Below, in pieces: positions 28,055 through 32,000 of a DNA stretch of 32,000 nt. The position numbers and the translations under genes were made by a program. Under the pieces are notes generated by a model. It ran no database searches, was not told where the DNA came from, and saw only the letters and a list, made by a program, of their open reading frames with translations. Source of the DNA: Candidatus Arthromitus sp. SFB-rat-Yit. GTDB taxonomy: Bacteria; Bacillota; Clostridia; Clostridiales; Clostridiaceae. Where the stretch lies: the NCBI RefSeq assembly GCF_000283555.1, contig NC_016012.1, positions 1,170,001 to 1,202,000 on the forward strand, in the 5' to 3' direction. Each line of letters starts with the position of its first letter. Position 1 is the first letter of the stretch.

Positions 28055-30400
28055 CTATTTAAAATAAACTTCAACATAATACTCACTATTTCTTTTTATA
28101 TCTTTTATAAGATTCCCAACTATTTTCTCTTTATTTACATAAATTTCTAAATATTTCACATTTTTCCGTTTAAAAATTATATTAAATTTTGAATCTCTAT
28201 ATTTTTTTACTATAGAAAATTCATTCCACTCTTTAAAAGGTTTTGGATCTATCAAAAGCCCATAAATAGTTCCCCTAACTCCTATCACAAAATTTGTTAT
28301 AATCCTATGAAACCAAACAGAAGAACCCGTATTAAAACTCCAATTTCCTCTTCCAAAATCAAAAGAATAATCTCCCTCAACACTAGATGGCATAACATAT
28401 GGTTCTATTTGATATAAATCAATTTTATCACTCTTCCTTATTGGATTTATTTTATCTATTATCTCTTTTGCAATATCAATGCGATTAATTAAAATAAACG
28501 AAAGTATTCCCCACATACATGCATGATAATATATAGATCCATTTTCTCTTATACCTTCTGCATATCTTGTGATATATCCTATATCTTTGTTTGAAATTTT
28601 ATATGGAGGATTTAAAATTTTTAATCCAAACTCTGTATTTAATAATTCATATACTTTATCCATTATATTTTTGCTTCTTTCAAAATCGCATACTCCACTT
28701 ATAACTCCAAAAACTTGAGGAAGTAAAAATATACGTTTATCCTCATCACAGCATCCTATTTTTATTCCATTGGATATTCCTCTTAAATACCATTTCTTAT
28801 GAAATCCAAATTTATTTATCGAATTTTTTAAAAACTCAATATAATATGTAATTTTATTTATAAAAAATAAATCATTCATAATTTCACATATCGGTTTTAT
28901 TTCTTTCAAAATTAAATAAAGAAACTCACTTACAAATATACTATCTCCATTAAAATTACTTAAAGCATCATTCCAATCATGTTTTAAAATTAGAGAAAGA
29001 CCCCTTTCACTTAAATTTTTTAAAGAATAATCTATGCTCCTCTTTAAGTGATCATATAAACTATCCTTTATAAAACTATCTAAATAACTAAGATTTTCAT
29101 TTAAAATACCAAAATCTTGAGTTTCATTTATATATACTATCGTTGCATATACAAGCCATAAATGATCATCACTAGAATTAGTATCTATACAATATTCAGA
29201 TTCATCCAAAAAATAATGAACAACTCTACCATCTATAAATTCCATATTCCCATGCATTAAAATTTGTTTTCTCATCAATTCACTTTTAGAATTTAAAAAT
29301 ATCATAGAATCTTGAAGATGATCTCTAAATCCAACCCCTTTGTTTATTTGATAATAAGATGCTTTCCCCAAAAACCTACACGAAATAGTTTGATATTTGC
29401 ACCATATATTAACCATAAAATCTATACTTTTATCGGGAGTTAATATAATTTCTTCATCTATAAACCCCCTCATATAATTTTTAAACTTTTGAAACTCAGA
29501 AATTATATCATTAAGTGATTTATATTTAATAAGAACACTTTTAATTTCATCTTCTGATTCGCATATTCCCATATAAATAGATGTCTCTTTTTTATCATAC
29601 GGATTCAAATTTAAATGCGTTTGAATACAAGATACTATATGTAAATTTTTACCGCTCTTATTGGATAAATATTTTTCTCTAAGAGATTTAGGATTTTTTA
29701 TAGAATTATACATTCCTATAAAACTCTCTTTACACGTGTCATAAGAAACTATCTTATCCAAAGATGTCATAAAGAATTTATATCTATATTCCCTATTATT
29801 GTAATTTCCATCTTTATCCATTACTCCCCAAAATGTTTTATTACAAATAATAGAATTTAATTTTGAATCAAACCTACTTTTTATAAATAATTTATCAAAC
29901 TCCCTATTTTCTTCAGGAAAATTTGATAAATACGGCTCTACGTAACTAAAAATACTAAGTCTTCTATGAATCCCCGATAAATTTTCGAGCTTAAATAAAT
30001 AAAACTCAACTCTATCATCTTTTGATAAAAAAACTTTAAGAGTTGACTTAATCCCATTATAAGTATGAGTAAAAATAGCATACCCAATACCATATATAAC
30101 TTTATAATCATCCCCACACAAATCAAAAGGCTTATATGTAAATCCCCAAACATCCATTGTATCTTCATCTCTTATATAAAAGTACTTTCCAAAATCATCA
30201 AGTATAGAATCTTGAACAAATCTTGTAATTCTATTTTCAATAGAATTTTTCCCCCAAGAATATCCCCCACCTGTTTGCGTTACCAAAATTGAGTATTTAC
30301 CATTGCTTATTATATTGCTCCATGGTTTTGGAGTTCTTGGATTTGTTATTATATACTCATATCCATCATTTGAAAAATATCCATATTTACAGGAGAACAT
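28055..30400 (-). CDS. GH94-family (inverting disaccharide/oligosaccharide phosphorylase-like) protein, no signal peptide (track ORF opens at 30412)
   Basis: Family hallmarks: YGYFSNDGYEYIITNPRTPKPWSNIISNGKYSILVTQTGGGYSWGKNSIENRITRF, YIRDEDT, GVGFRDHLQDSM, TNSSDDHLWLVYATIVYI, HDWNDALSNF, VEGDYSFDFGRGNWSFNTGSSVWFHRI. Confidence 0.9.
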   Translation of the reverse strand: MFSCKYGYFSNDGYEYIITNPRTPKPWSNIISNGKYSILVTQTGGGYSWGKNSIENRITRFVQDSILDDFGKYFYIRDEDTMDVWGFTYKPFDLCGDDYKVIYGIGYAIFTHTYNGIKSTLKVFLSKDDRVEFYLFKLENLSGIHRRLSIFSYVEPYLSNFPEENREFDKLFIKSRFDSKLNSIICNKTFWGVMDKDGNYNNREYRYKFFMTSLDKIVSYDTCKESFIGMYNSIKNPKSLREKYLSNKSGKNLHIVSCIQTHLNLNPYDKKETSIYMGICESEDEIKSVLIKYKSLNDIISEFQKFKNYMRGFIDEEIILTPDKSIDFMVNIWCKYQTISCRFLGKASYYQINKGVGFRDHLQDSMIFLNSKSELMRKQILMHGNMEFIDGRVVHYFLDESEYCIDTNSSDDHLWLVYATIVYINETQDFGILNENLSYLDSFIKDSLYDHLKRSIDYSLKNLSERGLSLILKHDWNDALSNFNGDSIFVSEFLYLILKEIKPICEIMNDLFFINKITYYIEFLKNSINKFGFHKKWYLRGISNGIKIGCCDEDKRIFLLPQVFGVISGVCDFERSKNIMDKVYELLNTEFGLKILNPPYKISNKDIGYITRYAEGIRENGSIYYHACMWGILSFILINRIDIAKEIIDKINPIRKSDKIDLYQIEPYVMPSSVEGDYSFDFGRGNWSFNTGSSVWFHRIITNFVIGVRGTIYGLLIDPKPFKEWNEFSIVKKYRDSKFNIIFKRKNVKYLEIYVNKEKIVGNLIKDIKRNSEYYVEVYFK

Positions 30401-30483
30401 ACAAAAATACACTCCACTCTAAAATCATTTTAATCTATTATTACTATAACTTAATAATTATATTCTAATATTTAAAATAAAAA

Positions 30484-30504
30484 AAGTAGGACAATATCCT
30501 ACTT
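30484..30504 (-). terminator. Intrinsic terminator after the 30503..31540 gene
   Basis: Minus strand AAGTAGGA-TATTG-TCCTACTT followed by TTTTTTATTTT. Confidence 0.85.
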
Positions 30505-31540
30505 AACTATATAAAATCAATCCCGATACAACACTATTTTTATCCATATTTAACTTTATATTCTTAGAGAGTTTAAAATCTTTCGCATCATATATTTCTA
30601 AATACTTATCAGATAATATAAAAATTTTATCATCTAATATATCAAATACCTTTATATTATAATCAAATTCTATTTTGTAACTCTTTAATGATTTCCTATC
30701 AATTTTTATCACACTATCTTTATTTAAATCTTTGTTATCCCCTCTAACTGTAACATAAATACTATCTTCGTATAATAATATCTTATCTAAATTATTTCTA
30801 ATAGTATTTATATAATCAAAACTTTTAGTGTATATATCGTAAATCCCGACTTTACCAGAATCAATCTTTGAATTAACATCATAATTTGTGAAATATATTT
30901 TCCCTTCATAATAAAACATATCATTTTGATATAATCCAAATTTTGATAGATTAAATCTACTTATATTCTCCAAGCTATCCTTATTTAACACATTTAAGTA
31001 AGAATTTCCATTATTATTTCTACTAAAAATATATACATTTTCATCGTCAACATGTATTTTCCCAACCACATGATCGTCTATACTAACTGTCTTAACTATC
31101 TTTAGTGACTCTTTATTGCAAATGCTTAGTTTATTTAAAGAATGCGTTATGTAAATCTTATCATTATACATAAAAATCTTATAAATATCTTCAATATCTA
31201 AATCAATTTTTGTATATCCATTATTGTATTTATCAATTTGTATTAAGTAACTATCACCTTTTGTTGAAACTATATCATTTGATTTAGCATAAAAATATGA
31301 ATCATCAGACGGTACAAAATTTCCAAGATAACTTATTCCTTCAAGTGAAAATTTTATCCTACTGCCTTCATGACCTTCACTATCATATTGATTTATAAAA
31401 GATTCCTTCCTATCTTTATTAAAATTTACAATCCCAATATAATATCCGTGATTCAAATTACTTGCATACTCTACACTACATGATACAAAAAACATAAATA
31501 TCATGGAAATAATAAATATAGATTTGATAACATATCGCAT
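30503..31540 (-). CDS. Predicted lipoprotein with repeated beta-propeller-like segments
   Basis: Lipobox MRYVIKSIFIISMIFMFFVSC; repeated Y/F-x-D/N-x-K-I-Y-I blocks (YNDKIYIT, VDDENVYIFS, YEGKIYFTN, YEDSIYVTV, LDDKIFIL). RBS AGGAGG. Confidence 0.75.
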   Translation of the reverse strand: MRYVIKSIFIISMIFMFFVSCSVEYASNLNHGYYIGIVNFNKDRKESFINQYDSEGHEGSRIKFSLEGISYLGNFVPSDDSYFYAKSNDIVSTKGDSYLIQIDKYNNGYTKIDLDIEDIYKIFMYNDKIYITHSLNKLSICNKESLKIVKTVSIDDHVVGKIHVDDENVYIFSRNNNGNSYLNVLNKDSLENISRFNLSKFGLYQNDMFYYEGKIYFTNYDVNSKIDSGKVGIYDIYTKSFDYINTIRNNLDKILLYEDSIYVTVRGDNKDLNKDSVIKIDRKSLKSYKIEFDYNIKVFDILDDKIFILSDKYLEIYDAKDFKLSKNIKLNMDKNSVVSGLILYS

Positions 31541-31549
31541 TTTTACCTC

Positions 31550-32000
31550 CTAATTCTTCATGATAGAGTACCTCTGTGTTGGTAAAATAATATTTTCTGA
31601 TAATAACCTGTCCATTATTAATTTCCTTAGTTCATTTTCTATATTCCAATGACTTAAAGGCTTTGCATATCCAACTACCCTATATGTTATAGCTACCTGA
31701 TCTGTTGAAATAATACCATAAATATAAGGTTTTACCGTTATATCATCGTGTGAATAATTATTCAAAACGTAATTTATATTTTCGCTTACAGCTTTTGACT
31801 TTTGAGATAATCCAACTTGTATATCTATTAAAATTCTTGAATCTTTTCTTGAGTGATTCGTAATCTGATTTATTGATCCATTCGGTATTATGTGATAATC
31901 ACCATTAAAATCTCTAAGCTTAGTTACTCGTACTTGTATACTATCTACTATTCCCTTAAACTCATTTGATCCTTTATTTATAGTAATATAATCACCAAAA
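31550..32000 (-). CDS. MscS-family small-conductance mechanosensitive channel, C-terminal part (truncated by window edge; ORF track only lists the last 71 aa)
   Basis: Reading frame continues to the window edge: FGDYITINKGSNEFKGIVDSIQVRVTKLRDFNGDYHIIPNGSINQITNHSRKDSRILIDIQVGL..., containing the MscS beta-domain pattern (GDYI...G.V..I..R.T.LR..G....IPNG.I..I.N.S). Confidence 0.88.
   Translation of the reverse strand, partial: FGDYITINKGSNEFKGIVDSIQVRVTKLRDFNGDYHIIPNGSINQITNHSRKDSRILIDIQVGLSQKSKAVSENINYVLNNYSHDDITVKPYIYGIISTDQVAITYRVVGYAKPLSHWNIENELRKLIMDRLLSENIILPTQRYSIMKN

Noticed and set aside
1-32000. CRISPR arrays, toxin-antitoxin pairs, transposons, prophage or retron elements
   Set aside because: No regularly spaced repeats, Cas/transposase/integrase/reverse-transcriptase motifs or tRNA-flanked insertions seen. 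Gene order is ordinary housekeeping operons.

Overview
This is a very AT-rich (low-GC) Clostridia-like chromosomal window. The gene content and very low GC are compatible with a host-associated 'Candidatus Arthromitus'/segmented-filamentous-type genome, but that is an inference and not demonstrated. No CRISPR array, transposase, phage module, rRNA or tRNA was recognised. The content is mostly core and host-adapted metabolism. In order: a sufC-sufB-sufD-sufS Fe-S assembly operon (minus strand, sufS cut by the window edge); a Cof-type HAD hydrolase; small membrane/unknown proteins; a secreted GH63/YgjK-like glucosidase; a minus-strand DAHP synthase-aroA-aroC-aroB operon that appears to continue into a secreted DUF4214-like protein; an adenosylcobalamin-dependent class II ribonucleotide reductase; a PHP-like protein that seems to lack its metal ligands; an Lrp/AsnC regulator; a PEPCK/HprK-like P-loop protein; PlsC; a ComEC-like MBL-fold lipoprotein; GltX; an RNase H-like protein; FeoA-FeoB; a GH94 phosphorylase-like enzyme; a propeller-like lipoprotein; and an MscS channel (cut by the edge). 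The observations most worth a second look are: (1) a frameshifted FeoB-associated Cys-rich mini-protein directly after feoB, absent from the ORF track; (2) three exact TTATNCACA (DnaA-box consensus) sites, two inside a 45-bp inverted repeat, in the convergent feoB/GH94 gap; (3) the apparently metal-ligand-less PHP-fold protein after nrdJ; (4) the linkage of a secreted DUF4214 protein to the shikimate operon. I did not find a convincing new defence or mobile system.
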